37,713 nt of DNA from positions 84,139-121,851 of the IMG/VR virus record IMGVR_UViG_3300036770_003386; one strand, given 5' to 3'. Shown here piece after piece: positions 6,648 through 14,823 of the stretch. The stretch comes from a virus. Within the stretch, counting starts at the first letter, position 1. Each line of letters begins with the position of its first letter. A program made the position numbers and the translations under genes. Under the pieces are notes generated by a model. It made no database searches. It worked only from the letters and a program-made list of their open reading frames with translations, and was not told where the DNA came from.

Positions 6648-6674
6648 TTTTTATGAAGATAAACATATACCTAA

Positions 6675-7142
6675 TTATGCTGTCACATAGTTAGGAATCT
6701 CTACGAGTTCCACAGGTGCCTTATAGTTGTTCTTATAGCACTTCCAGTTATCGTCGAGATTATACAGATAAGCGTACTCTTCCCCACAAAGATTTCCAGA
6801 TACAAACTCGTCGAAACTTGTATGAGCGATCTCTAGTTCCTCACCACGCTCTGTGTAATAGAGTGGTTGAGGTTCACGATCATCCTCATACATCAGATAA
6901 CCTGCGGCATCATGAACATATTCTCCCTTCTCATCGCGGACGGGAATATCATGATTCCATGTGCCACGAGTTCGAAGATGTGACATTGAACCACCGTCGA
7001 TGAGTTCTTTTACATCTTCACGGTTCTGATAGTGTTCTACCAGGATTTTTCCGTTGTGTGATACATAACCATCCCAGTGGCAGTAAACACTAACCACAGT
7101 GTGGTCAGGAAGTTCGATACCAATGCGTGAGCGAGTTGCCAT
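6675..7142 (-). CDS. Conserved phage protein (MATRSRIG...YCHWDGY family)
   Basis: Motifs; paralog at 19489..19896. Confidence 0.9.
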   Translation of the reverse strand: MATRSRIGIELPDHTVVSVYCHWDGYVSHNGKILVEHYQNREDVKELIDGGSMSHLRTRGTWNHDIPVRDEKGEYVHDAAGYLMYEDDREPQPLYYTERGEELEIAHTSFDEFVSGNLCGEEYAYLYNLDDNWKCYKNNYKAPVELVEIPNYVTA

Positions 7143-7164
7143 GGTGTGTTGGTGAACTGTGAGA

Positions 7165-7223
7165 ATTATAGGGCACTCAGAGAGGTGTCTGTGTGCCCCG
7201 TGGACAGTTTTCAGAGTGTCACA
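7165..7223 (-). promoter_or_regulatory. Palindrome-promoter module 9
   Basis: GTGGACAGTTTTCAGAGTGTCACA 7200-7223; -10 TATAAT; stop at 7219 inside. Confidence 0.85.
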
Positions 7224-7401
7224 GAAGGTCTTCGTACTCCCCAGAGTCCAGAGCGTCCTCCAGGGCGATCACAAGACCGTCGAAGTCCTCTGACGATGGT
7301 AGCACACCGATGAGGAGATCGACAAGACCACCGTACTCCTCACGGAGTTCGTTCAGGTACTCAGTGCGGTTTGCGTAACCGTTCTCAACGTAGATCGACA
7401 T
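7219..7401 (-). CDS. Acidic hypothetical phage protein (ENGYANRTEYL...EDFDGLV)
   Basis: ORF track. Confidence 0.85.
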   Translation of the reverse strand: MSIYVENGYANRTEYLNELREEYGGLVDLLIGVLPSSEDFDGLVIALEDALDSGEYEDLL

Positions 7402-7435
7402 GAGTGGTTCAGGTGTTGAACGAGTTCAATCTACA

Positions 7436-7663
7436 TCAGAAAAACGTGAGTTGTGTCATCCCATCAGACAGTTCAGGTTTTGGCATAAGGAGACTCCTCA
7501 ACCGTTCCAGATGTGATATCCTGTCGTGCTCTTTTGCCTCTTGACAAAAATCAACAGGTACACCATGCTCAGTGTTAAAGAACCCATAAGAATCCACATT
7601 GGCTTTATATAATGCCGAATCCTTATAATAATACACCCAGTTCTCATCAATGAAAAATTTCAA
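7436..7663 (-). CDS. Hypothetical protein (TTG start)
   Basis: TTGA overlap with upstream ORF. Confidence 0.6.
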   Translation of the reverse strand: MKFFIDENWVYYYKDSALYKANVDSYGFFNTEHGVPVDFCQEAKEHDRISHLERLRSLLMPKPELSDGMTQLTFF

Positions 7664-7809
7664 AATGGATCAAACTCCTCTGTGCTTACGTGTACACTCT
7701 CATCACCTTCTAACTCTAGAAGATCTTTCCAGTCTATATCATACACATCTAGATCATCATAACAGTCTATATCTAGAGTGACAATGACCCTGCGTTTCTG
7801 CATTAGCAT
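7660..7809 (-). CDS. Acidic microprotein (49 aa, MLMQKRRVIVTLDIDCYDDL)
   Basis: Manual ORF. Confidence 0.7.
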   Translation of the reverse strand: MLMQKRRVIVTLDIDCYDDLDVYDIDWKDLLELEGDESVHVSTEEFDPF

Positions 7810-7840
7810 AAGAACTCGATGTAATGTGTACTAGATTCTA

Positions 7841-7996
7841 TCATGCATAGTGTCGATATGCAAGATCTTGATAATCTTGCCCATCGCGTGCATAATCCTC
7901 GTCGAGATCTGATGTGCCTAGTTCGGCATATGTATCTTCGTCGAGATCTGCATAATCATTGCTGTATGTATAGTCGAGATCGTAGTCGTCGTACAT
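7841..7996 (-). CDS. Asp/Tyr-rich microprotein (51 aa, MYDDYDLDYTYSNDYADLDED)
   Basis: Manual ORF downstream of module 10. Confidence 0.7.
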   Translation of the reverse strand: MYDDYDLDYTYSNDYADLDEDTYAELGTSDLDEDYARDGQDYQDLAYRHYA

Positions 7997-8019
7997 AACT
8001 CGTCGAGATAACTGTGTTT

Positions 8020-8072
8020 ATTGTACCATAAAACTCGACTAGATTCAAGCGAGTGTGCCAGTCTCGTCGAGA
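8020..8072 (-). promoter_or_regulatory. Module 10: half-palindrome fused to TCTCGTCGAGA repeat
   Basis: TGTGCCAGTCTCGTCGAGA from 8054; TTGAAT-17-TACAAT. Confidence 0.75.
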
Positions 8073-8167
8073 TTCATATAAGAATATATAGGTCTTATGA
8101 TAAAAAATGTCATATAACGCTAACATTGTATAAGATTTTGCAAGTCTTATGTGGGTCTTATGCGGGG

Positions 8168-8224
8168 TGTGCCAGTTTTTTGAGTGTCCTGGGGCTTGAC
8201 AAACTGCGCGTCTTATGGTATGCG
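8168..8224. promoter_or_regulatory. Module 11 palindrome with adjacent plus-strand TTGACA
   Basis: TGTGCCAGTTTTTTGAGTGTCC 8168-8189; TTGACA(8196)-17-TATGCG. Confidence 0.6.
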
Positions 8225-8426
8225 GGCAAAGGTCACAAGACTCAGACACATTTATAAGGATTCTCAACAATTACTCTAAATGATTCTCAATAAACATTTT
8301 TATTAAGAATGTTACAAAAAGAACAATATGATTTAATCGAAGAATAACGGAAAATAATCAAATTGCATTGTGTATTATAAAATAACAAGTGTGTTCTCTA
8401 AATAAACAATAGTGTTTTATTGTAAA

Positions 8427-9167
8427 ATGGCACAAGGAATCATCTACCTAATCATCAATAAACAAACTGGGCACAAATACGTTGGTCAAACAACAAACGC
8501 AATGAATAAAATATGGCAAGAGCATATCTCAGAAGCATTGAGAATGTCATCTTCTCCATTACATCGTGCTATGCGTAAGTATGGTAATCACAACTTCATG
8601 ATTAAAGAACTTGATGAATGTGATGATAGTTTATTAAATCAAAAAGAAGAATACTGGATTAAACAATATAATACCTCTAAAAGTGAAGAAGGATATAATA
8701 TTATAAGTGATGATGATAAAGTAGAAGTAAAAATAGAAATACCAGTACCAATACCTGAAAAAAAGATAGAAAGAACAGAACCCTGGGGATTTCAACTAAA
8801 AGAAAATAGAGGCAATGGTAAACACAGTTCAAAAAGAGTAATGGGAATCAATGTAGAAACTGGTGAACAAAAAATATGGGAAAGTATAACTGCGGCTGCA
8901 TTAGAAGTTAATGGAAAATCTGGTAACATACATGGAGCAATTAAACATGGATGGAAAGCATATGGTTACAGATGGAAGAAATTAGACAATACACCAAATA
9001 AAACTCCTATAAGAGGAGTTCATAAAAGAACATGGGAAGAAATAAGATTTGAAAGTATTAATGCAGCAGGTAGATATTTTGGATCTAGCAATATGAGCGG
9101 CATACAAAATAGTTTACGTAATCCTCACAAATACACCTACAAGCAATATTACTGGTTTTATAATTAA
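8427..9167 (+). CDS. GIY-YIG (Seg-like) homing endonuclease with C-terminal NUMOD1-like repeats
   Basis: GIIYLIIN..KYVGQT, E..WI, GYN; two ESI.AA repeats; CTAAATA at 8398 may be a late promoter. Confidence 0.9.
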   Translation: MAQGIIYLIINKQTGHKYVGQTTNAMNKIWQEHISEALRMSSSPLHRAMRKYGNHNFMIKELDECDDSLLNQKEEYWIKQYNTSKSEEGYNIISDDDKVEVKIEIPVPIPEKKIERTEPWGFQLKENRGNGKHSSKRVMGINVETGEQKIWESITAAALEVNGKSGNIHGAIKHGWKAYGYRWKKLDNTPNKTPIRGVHKRTWEEIRFESINAAGRYFGSSNMSGIQNSLRNPHKYTYKQYYWFYN

Positions 9168-9685
9168 ACAGTATAACGACCCAGTTCCCGATTGAAGAAT
9201 CTTCTTAACTTTTTGAGTCTTGAATCATGAATCTTTTCTTTTGTGGTACGATAAATATCATCCTCATATCTGGACGATTCAACATCCTGCATTGCCTTGG
9301 ATTCCATCTGAGGATAACGAATATAAGTGTCTCTGGTGGTAAAGTCACGATTTCTTCCCTTATTGGGTTGGAATCCATGAGACTGATAGAACTTCTGAAG
9401 TTTTGCCTTCTTTCCTTTCTCTGGTGCCAGAGTTAATGTAATTCTTTTCTTTTGTTTGTCCGCATACTTTGAGAGTCCTTTCATAATGCGAGATCCAATA
9501 CCACTGTTTCTTTCTTCAGGTGGAATCCAAATATTGTTCAGACGAATATCACCAGATCGATCATGAGAAGCATCAACATTCACACCATGATGCTTTTTAC
9601 CATAGGCACGGGAAATCTTATTCAGAACTTCTTGTGGTGGTTTTGCATCTTTTGCCTCTTGTACAAACTGAGAGAATGTTTTCAT
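9164..9685 (-). CDS. GNAT acetyltransferase with capsid-targeting leader (putative internal head protein)
   Basis: MKTFSQFVQEA leader; IWIPPEERNSGIGSRIM motif A; LQKFYQSHGF motif B. Confidence 0.85.
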   Translation of the reverse strand: MKTFSQFVQEAKDAKPPQEVLNKISRAYGKKHHGVNVDASHDRSGDIRLNNIWIPPEERNSGIGSRIMKGLSKYADKQKKRITLTLAPEKGKKAKLQKFYQSHGFQPNKGRNRDFTTRDTYIRYPQMESKAMQDVESSRYEDDIYRTTKEKIHDSRLKKLRRFFNRELGRYTV

Positions 9686-10368
9686 GAATTTGTAAATTCG
9701 TATTCGGTATCTGATGGTAGTGGAGTTAATCTTCCCTTACCTTTTCTTTTTTGTTTTGTATTTAATTGTCGTCCGACTTGAGCAAATTGTTTTCTAGTTT
9801 TAGGATTCATCTCACCAAATCCTGCTCTTTGATATAATTTAGATCTTGTATTTTTCTTTGTCTCACCCTTTTGATCATCATACTTATTATTTTCAGTTGG
9901 ACGATTGGTGACAACTGATCCATGTGGAAGACGATGTTCTACATCTTGTTTCCATACATCTTTTGCCGCACGAACTAATTCATTTCTTCTTTCTGGATCT
10001 TTTTCCAGTTCTGATGGTTTATCACTATGATTCCAAGTGACATTGAAAACTCTCTTTCCATCTTTTGTTCTTCCATGATGAGTCACATTATAATAAATTC
10101 CCGATTCTTTATCACCCACTGACATCCATCCTGGGCCACCAGTAACATCACTCTGTGCAGAAGAATGACGATTTAATTCTGGATTGTCTGCTCCGTGTCG
10201 AACATATCTTTTTGTTCTCATTTGTTGCAGTGCTCTCTTTGTTTTTGATGAATATGGTCTTTCATCACGATCTTCTGCCTTCTGTTCTGGGGTTTTTCCT
10301 GATGGTAATTTATCATCAGGAGCATAATACTTTTCTGCAATTGTAATGAATTCTGAGAATGTTCTCAT
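9682..10368 (-). CDS. Putative internal head protein with capsid-targeting leader, GNAT-like C-terminal motif
   Basis: MRTFSEFITIAE leader; RSKLYQRAGFG. Confidence 0.75.
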   Translation of the reverse strand: MRTFSEFITIAEKYYAPDDKLPSGKTPEQKAEDRDERPYSSKTKRALQQMRTKRYVRHGADNPELNRHSSAQSDVTGGPGWMSVGDKESGIYYNVTHHGRTKDGKRVFNVTWNHSDKPSELEKDPERRNELVRAAKDVWKQDVEHRLPHGSVVTNRPTENNKYDDQKGETKKNTRSKLYQRAGFGEMNPKTRKQFAQVGRQLNTKQKRKGKGRLTPLPSDTEYEFTNS

Positions 10369-11678
10369 TGCCTTTTCTTTGGTTGTGTTTTTGATCTTTT
10401 TGTTTTACCTTTTGCTCTAAATGTTGTTGATGGATTGCGATCAATAGACTTATTCGCAGTCTCTTTATCAATCATAATATAAGATCCTTCTGGTTGTCCT
10501 TCTCTTGGTGTGAATCCACCATGTGCATTTGGCACTCTGACAACTTTTGCACCTTGTTTAAATGCTGACTTTGCCTGATCGGAAGCACTGGTTGGTTTTC
10601 CTTTCTTATCGGCAATATCATCATCAGATGCAGATGACATCCACGACTTAATCTTCTTACCAAAATCTCTTGGTGAATCAGTGCTTGTGACTTTGGGATT
10701 GACAAGTCTCAAATTGACTCTTGAATGTGAATAATCAGATCCAACTCTGGATGATGGTGTCGTATAAACAATATCCTTTCTTTCATCTGGATGATAAGAT
10801 CCTGTTGAAGGAGAATCTCTGAATCCAGATCTCATAATCTCACTCTTATTTGATGCTGTCGTATAATGTGCAGTGCGAAGAACTCTCATTCTTCTTGCTT
10901 CATTGATGAATTCTTCAAATGTTTTTGTACTTCTTTCAAAATCTCTAATATTGTTGGATGCAGATCTTAAAGTTTTTTTTCCTTGAAGTTCTTTAAGTTT
11001 TTTTTGATTTTGAGATTTTGATGCATATTTACCAGACAATCTTGAACTTTCATCTCTATAAGATTCTCTTTTTTTCGCTCCTCTTTTTTCACGATGAACT
11101 AATCTTCTTGTCTCAGTGTGCTTATCAATGTCACTACCTGGTTCAAATCCAGTTTGCCTTTTATGCCTTACAAATTCTTTTTCGATTGGTGACAGTTTTT
11201 GATAATTATCAACCTTTGCCTCACTCACATAACCACCACCCATTGCTTTACGAATTGCATCAACTGCTTGAGTACGAAGTTGTCTTCTTTTTTCTCCCTT
11301 ACGAACTAATCCTTGTTTTTGTGCTTCGATATTTGTGCGTTCTCCTCTTTTCTTCGCTTTTTGCAGTTTTTCATATTTACCTTCTGGTTTATCACCAGAG
11401 AATTCTGCCCATCTACGATCTTCTGGTGATGATCCTGCTTGTGGTTTCTTTTTTCCTCTTTCTCCACGATGGGCGCTCTTTCTCTGGCGATCTAATGAAT
11501 CGGCATAAGGTCTTGTACCTGGTCTTGCCCAAGTAATGGTTTCTCTTTCAAAATCCTGATGAGTATCTCCACCACTAAAGCGCCCTCTTCTGGAGGACGC
11601 TTTTCTCATTGCAGTAGTTTTTATACTTTCTCCTTTTTTTTCTAAGTATTGATCTTGTTTATTACCTTCGTTGATCAT
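10365..11678 (-). CDS. Basic multi-segment virion protein with C-terminal H-Y-type ADP-ribosyltransferase-like domain
   Basis: MINE, YVSEA, KTFEEFINEA putative gp21 sites; AHYTT..EIMRSGF..IVYTTP..DY pattern. Confidence 0.7.
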   Translation of the reverse strand: MINEGNKQDQYLEKKGESIKTTAMRKASSRRGRFSGGDTHQDFERETITWARPGTRPYADSLDRQRKSAHRGERGKKKPQAGSSPEDRRWAEFSGDKPEGKYEKLQKAKKRGERTNIEAQKQGLVRKGEKRRQLRTQAVDAIRKAMGGGYVSEAKVDNYQKLSPIEKEFVRHKRQTGFEPGSDIDKHTETRRLVHREKRGAKKRESYRDESSRLSGKYASKSQNQKKLKELQGKKTLRSASNNIRDFERSTKTFEEFINEARRMRVLRTAHYTTASNKSEIMRSGFRDSPSTGSYHPDERKDIVYTTPSSRVGSDYSHSRVNLRLVNPKVTSTDSPRDFGKKIKSWMSSASDDDIADKKGKPTSASDQAKSAFKQGAKVVRVPNAHGGFTPREGQPEGSYIMIDKETANKSIDRNPSTTFRAKGKTKRSKTQPKKRQ

Positions 11679-11699
11679 TTGTAGAAATACTTTTGTGAG

Positions 11700-11707
11700 T
11701 ATTTATA
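11700..11707 (-). promoter_or_regulatory. T4-type late promoter
   Basis: Exact TATAAATA 21 nt upstream of ATG 11678. Confidence 0.9.
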
Positions 11708-11746
11708 ATTATCGGGAAAGGGGAAAAACAAGAAAAAGAAGTCGTT

Positions 11747-11947
11747 TCATTTCAAATTACGAAGTTCATTGGCAAGTGACAGCAGATCATCTTTGTTGAC
11801 GACGACCATGCTGTTCTGAGTATTATACTGTGGAATGGTGTCCAATGCAAGAGTCAAAATCTCTGCAGTCAGTTTTTCTTCTGTATCTGCTCCTGCATTT
11901 CGTGCATCCCAAATGGACTTCATCAGTTTTTCGGCATTTTCTTTCAT
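11747..11947 (-). CDS. Hypothetical protein
   Basis: ORF track. Confidence 0.75.
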   Translation of the reverse strand: MKENAEKLMKSIWDARNAGADTEEKLTAEILTLALDTIPQYNTQNSMVVVNKDDLLSLANELRNLK

Positions 11948-11948
11948 A

Positions 11949-12425
11949 TTAGTAAATATAAGATTTCCATTCAGTCACATTGGACTTATGAAGTTTCAGT
12001 GTGATTTTATTTTCCATTGGTTTTGGAATTCTTCGCAGTTTCATACCAGTTTGTTCCAATATTGTATTTCCTTTTTTGGTGTTACAGGTAGAACATGCAA
12101 CAACCATGTTTTCCCAGGTATCTTGTCCACCACGGGATCTTGGTACAATATGATCAATTGTTAGTTTTTTCTGTGACCCACAATACTGACATGTATGATC
12201 ATCCCGTTGATAGATCAGTGCTCGGGTGGGTTTTTGAATCATAATGCGGCTCAGTGGAATTTTAACATACTCAATGAGTCGTATGACTCTTGAAGAAAGA
12301 ACTTGTGCCTTTTCCTTCAAAAGTAATACGACTGCACGTTTCCAATTTGTAAAATTAATTGGTTCATAACTTGCATTGAGTACAAGAACCGTATGATGGG
12401 GATGTAATTGTAAGTATTCCATCAT
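11949..12425 (-). CDS. HNH endonuclease (McrA/HNH_5-like)
   Basis: VLVLNASYEP; RDDHTCQYCG, LTIDHIVPRSRGG..TWENMVVACSTCN.KKG. Confidence 0.92.
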   Translation of the reverse strand: MMEYLQLHPHHTVLVLNASYEPINFTNWKRAVVLLLKEKAQVLSSRVIRLIEYVKIPLSRIMIQKPTRALIYQRDDHTCQYCGSQKKLTIDHIVPRSRGGQDTWENMVVACSTCNTKKGNTILEQTGMKLRRIPKPMENKITLKLHKSNVTEWKSYIY

Positions 12426-12453
12426 TTTTCTATGACTTACAATCTATCTAGGT

Positions 12454-12699
12454 TCATTTACCAAAACGGGTTTTCCAAAGATCATAAGAACGATTTCGCA
12501 TTTCCTCAAGCATTTCATAACGCTGTCGAATTTCAGAGTCTTTAGGAAGATCATAAATGCAAGGAATTGCAAGATACATTCCATCCGCAGCATGACACAA
12601 AATAGAGTTCAGAAGATCATGCTCTTCGTAAGTAAATTCCATCGTGATAGGTTGCTGATCACAATAGTTTTCTTCGGTGAGTTCAGAAAAAGAGTTCAA
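12454..12699 (-). CDS. Hypothetical protein (start uncertain)
   Basis: ORF downstream of module 12. Confidence 0.7.
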   Translation of the reverse strand: MNSFSELTEENYCDQQPITMEFTYEEHDLLNSILCHAADGMYLAIPCIYDLPKDSEIRQRYEMLEEMRNRSYDLWKTRFGK

Positions 12700-12723
12700 G
12701 GAAGTTCTCCAATTGACAAACGT

Positions 12724-12780
12724 ATTATAAAGGATTTAATTTGAAAATGGATCGGTACTGTACCACTTAGAAAACTGGAA
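12724..12780 (-). promoter_or_regulatory. Palindrome-promoter module 12
   Basis: TGTACCACTTAGAAAACTGG from 12759; -10 TATAAT; stop at 12767 inside. Confidence 0.75.
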
Positions 12781-12916
12781 CAACCTCAACATCAAAATAC
12801 CCTTGTTCCTTAACATGCTTTTCCCACATACAAGCATCTTCAACTTTATAGAAAGTTGCGATTTGTTTGGAAGTTGCCTTCTTTTTGTTCTTGGTGTAGA
12901 TAACCTGGTACTTCAT
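12767..12916 (-). CDS. Small hypothetical protein (49 aa, MKYQVIYTKNKKK)
   Basis: Manual ORF; overlaps 3' end of 12846..13118. Confidence 0.7.
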   Translation of the reverse strand: MKYQVIYTKNKKKATSKQIATFYKVEDACMWEKHVKEQGYFDVEVVPVF

Positions 12917-13118
12917 GGGGATTTTTAATAAAAACTTCAATTTTTGTCTGTCTATTCCAATGTCGTATTACACCAGCAACAATGAAACAATTGGTAATCA
13001 AATAAGTTGCAAAGATGACCGTTCGGATCAGTGCAATCCTGTCAAACTCTTTATCACATTTAGATGCTTTTCCACCCAGTGCTTTTGCCCACCATCTCCA
13101 TGGGTTCTTAGGTTTCAT
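12846..13118 (-). CDS. Membrane protein (WRWWAKALGGKA...VAGVIRHW)
   Basis: ORF with hydrophobic helix. Confidence 0.8.
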   Translation of the reverse strand: MKPKNPWRWWAKALGGKASKCDKEFDRIALIRTVIFATYLITNCFIVAGVIRHWNRQTKIEVFIKNPHEVPGYLHQEQKEGNFQTNRNFL

Positions 13119-13359
13119 AAACAGTTTCTCTTGATTTAATGTATTCTAATTGTTTCCACTGACTTGAATAACAAAGAACGAGTAATCTTTCGTTTGCATG
13201 AAGACAACATGCCTCATAGTTTTCGCAATCTTTAAGGCGCACTGATTTCTCTATTGTAATGTATTCCTCACATTTGAAATACACCCAACCTTCCACGCCC
13301 TTACCATTATTCCACTTTACATAATCATTTATTTTCGGAATATAAAACATTGAAGACAT
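13108..13359 (-). CDS. Hypothetical cyanophage protein (EGWVYFKCEEYITIE)
   Basis: ORF track. Confidence 0.8.
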   Translation of the reverse strand: MSSMFYIPKINDYVKWNNGKGVEGWVYFKCEEYITIEKSVRLKDCENYEACCLHANERLLVLCYSSQWKQLEYIKSRETVYET

Positions 13360-13592
13360 TAGGTAGTAAAAATATCAACAATTCTTGATTTTTCTTCATC
13401 AACAAGTGCAAATTTATGAGCATTGACTACTCGTTCCATAATTCGGGAGTCATAAATGTTATCATACTCATCGCTCCATTTTAACAGAAGATCATGACAT
13501 TCATTATCATTCTCTGCGATGATACTTATGACACCACCATATTCGGAAGAAGGAAAAGGAACCCAATAATCAACAATGTAAAGATACTTCAT
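13359..13592 (-). CDS. Hypothetical cyanophage protein (YIVDYWVPFPSSEYGG)
   Basis: ORF track; AGGAG upstream. Confidence 0.85.
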   Translation of the reverse strand: MKYLYIVDYWVPFPSSEYGGVISIIAENDNECHDLLLKWSDEYDNIYDSRIMERVVNAHKFALVDEEKSRIVDIFTT

Positions 13593-13605
13593 TTGTTTGT
13601 GTAAA

Positions 13606-13776
13606 TTACTCCTTAATTTTAGATGAAACTGTAAGGTTTGTCAACTGTCTTTGAAGTTCGACTTGTATTTTAATCAGACGAATATTAAAATACTTTTGAT
13701 ACTCATTTTCTTTCAACAATGAAGTCAGATTGTCAATTTGTTGCAGTGCCAGAAGAAGTTGAGTCTTTTGATTCAT
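13606..13776 (-). CDS. Small hypothetical protein (56 aa, MNQKTQLLLALQQID)
   Basis: Manual ORF, TAATG coupling. Confidence 0.7.
   Translation of the reverse strand: MNQKTQLLLALQQIDNLTSLLKENEYQKYFNIRLIKIQVELQRQLTNLTVSSKIKE
13616..13644 (-). promoter_or_regulatory. sigma70 promoter embedded in ORF 3' end
   Basis: TTGACA-17-TAAAAT. Confidence 0.75.
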
Positions 13777-13979
13777 TACATAAACTCTGTAAGATAGTAA
13801 TCAACTGTAATTTCTAATTCTTCTGCTTTCTTTTCAATTTCCATTTCGATTACCTTTTTGCTCATTTTTTCATACTCTTCATATTCAGATCGATTTTTAA
13901 AATTCAATTCTTCAACCTCCGAATGTTTCATGAAATCAATAAATGCATTTAAAAATTGAACAATTTCTTCTTCGTTCAT
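13776..13979 (-). CDS. Acidic hypothetical protein (EKKAEELEITVDYYL.EF)
   Basis: Start at ATG 13979, ATGA overlap. Confidence 0.8.
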   Translation of the reverse strand: MNEEEIVQFLNAFIDFMKHSEVEELNFKNRSEYEEYEKMSKKVIEMEIEKKAEELEITVDYYLTEFM

Positions 13980-14131
13980 TTTGATGTACAATTAGAACTA
14001 TCCATAATAGTTAATTCGCAAATTGATGGATGATCATACATCATTGATGAACTTTTTTGTTCAATTAAAAATACACCAACTCCAACCAAAGTTCCAATTA
14101 TAAAAACAAGGGAATAATGAAAGGATTTCAT
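13976..14131 (-). CDS. Small membrane protein (51 aa)
   Basis: Manual ORF MKSFHYSLVFIIGTLVGVGVFLI. Confidence 0.6.
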   Translation of the reverse strand: MKSFHYSLVFIIGTLVGVGVFLIEQKSSSMMYDHPSICELTIMDSSNCTSK

Positions 14132-14134
14132 AAT

Positions 14135-14284
14135 CTAATTTTGAATGACTGTGGTTTGTGTTAAAATAGCACGGCGTGCCGAATATGCTTCAAATTGTGT
14201 TGAAAACGATGCAATGGTCTGGTGTGTATCAGACCAGACCAAATACCATCTACTCACAAACTGCCGAATGTAAATGGATTTCAT
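14135..14284 (-). CDS. Small hypothetical protein (49 aa, MKSIYIRQFVSRWY)
   Basis: Manual ORF, ATGA coupling. Confidence 0.65.
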   Translation of the reverse strand: MKSIYIRQFVSRWYLVWSDTHQTIASFSTQFEAYSARRAILTQTTVIQN

Positions 14285-14442
14285 ACAGTTGGAGTAACGT
14301 CGATCTCTTTAATGTTCAATCCACAGAGTTGATTGTAGACACGATTGAGAATAATTTTAGCAGCAGACTTTGCCTTGGATTTCTCATACCAGATGGTGCA
14401 AAGTCCATCAAATGTTTCAACGTAAATGCGATAGTTTTTCAT
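14281..14442 (-). CDS. Small hypothetical protein (53 aa, MKNYRIYVETFDG)
   Basis: Manual ORF. Confidence 0.7.
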   Translation of the reverse strand: MKNYRIYVETFDGLCTIWYEKSKAKSAAKIILNRVYNQLCGLNIKEIDVTPTV

Positions 14443-14451
14443 TAGTCGTTG

Positions 14452-14610
14452 TCAGTTGGAATATGATTGTAGTTTGGTCACATATAGTTCACGGGCACAT
14501 TTGTGTTCCTCATCAGTATAGTTCCCGTTGTCTATTGTCCAGATCAGTGCCTCCAAAAGAACATCAATTTGTTCATCAGTGAAGTGAAACTCTTTACGGG
14601 TGTTAGACAT
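14452..14610 (-). CDS. Small hypothetical protein (52 aa, MSNTRKEFHFTDEQID)
   Basis: Manual ORF; motif shared with 4746..5075. Confidence 0.7.
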   Translation of the reverse strand: MSNTRKEFHFTDEQIDVLLEALIWTIDNGNYTDEEHKCARELYVTKLQSYSN

Positions 14611-14764
14611 AATCAATTAGAGTTGATGAGTTGAGTGTAAGAAATCAGTACAGGAGAGAGAATGAACCACAGAAGCGACGAACCCACTGGAGAGTATCAT
14701 AATGGGAGCGAGGATTGCTCAAGGAGGGCAGAGTCACGGGGTCAATTCCCTTGATTACCTTGTA

Positions 14765-14823
14765 ATTATACAGCCCTCATCAGGCGATTGGGGAACCACT
14801 GTGCCACTTGTTGATCCGTCCAC
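14765..14823 (-). promoter_or_regulatory. Palindrome-promoter module 13 (inside peptidase 3' end)
   Basis: TGTGCCACTTGTTGATCCGTCCAC 14800-14823; -10 TATAAT supplies the stop codon. Confidence 0.75.

Noticed and set aside
7956-8270. 104-aa minus-strand ORF
   Set aside because: Spans two palindrome modules (NWHT, DWHT) and overlaps a better ORF; likely non-coding
14615-14735. Small ORF directly after module 13
   Set aside because: Two competing frames of about 30 codons, neither convincing; left uncalled
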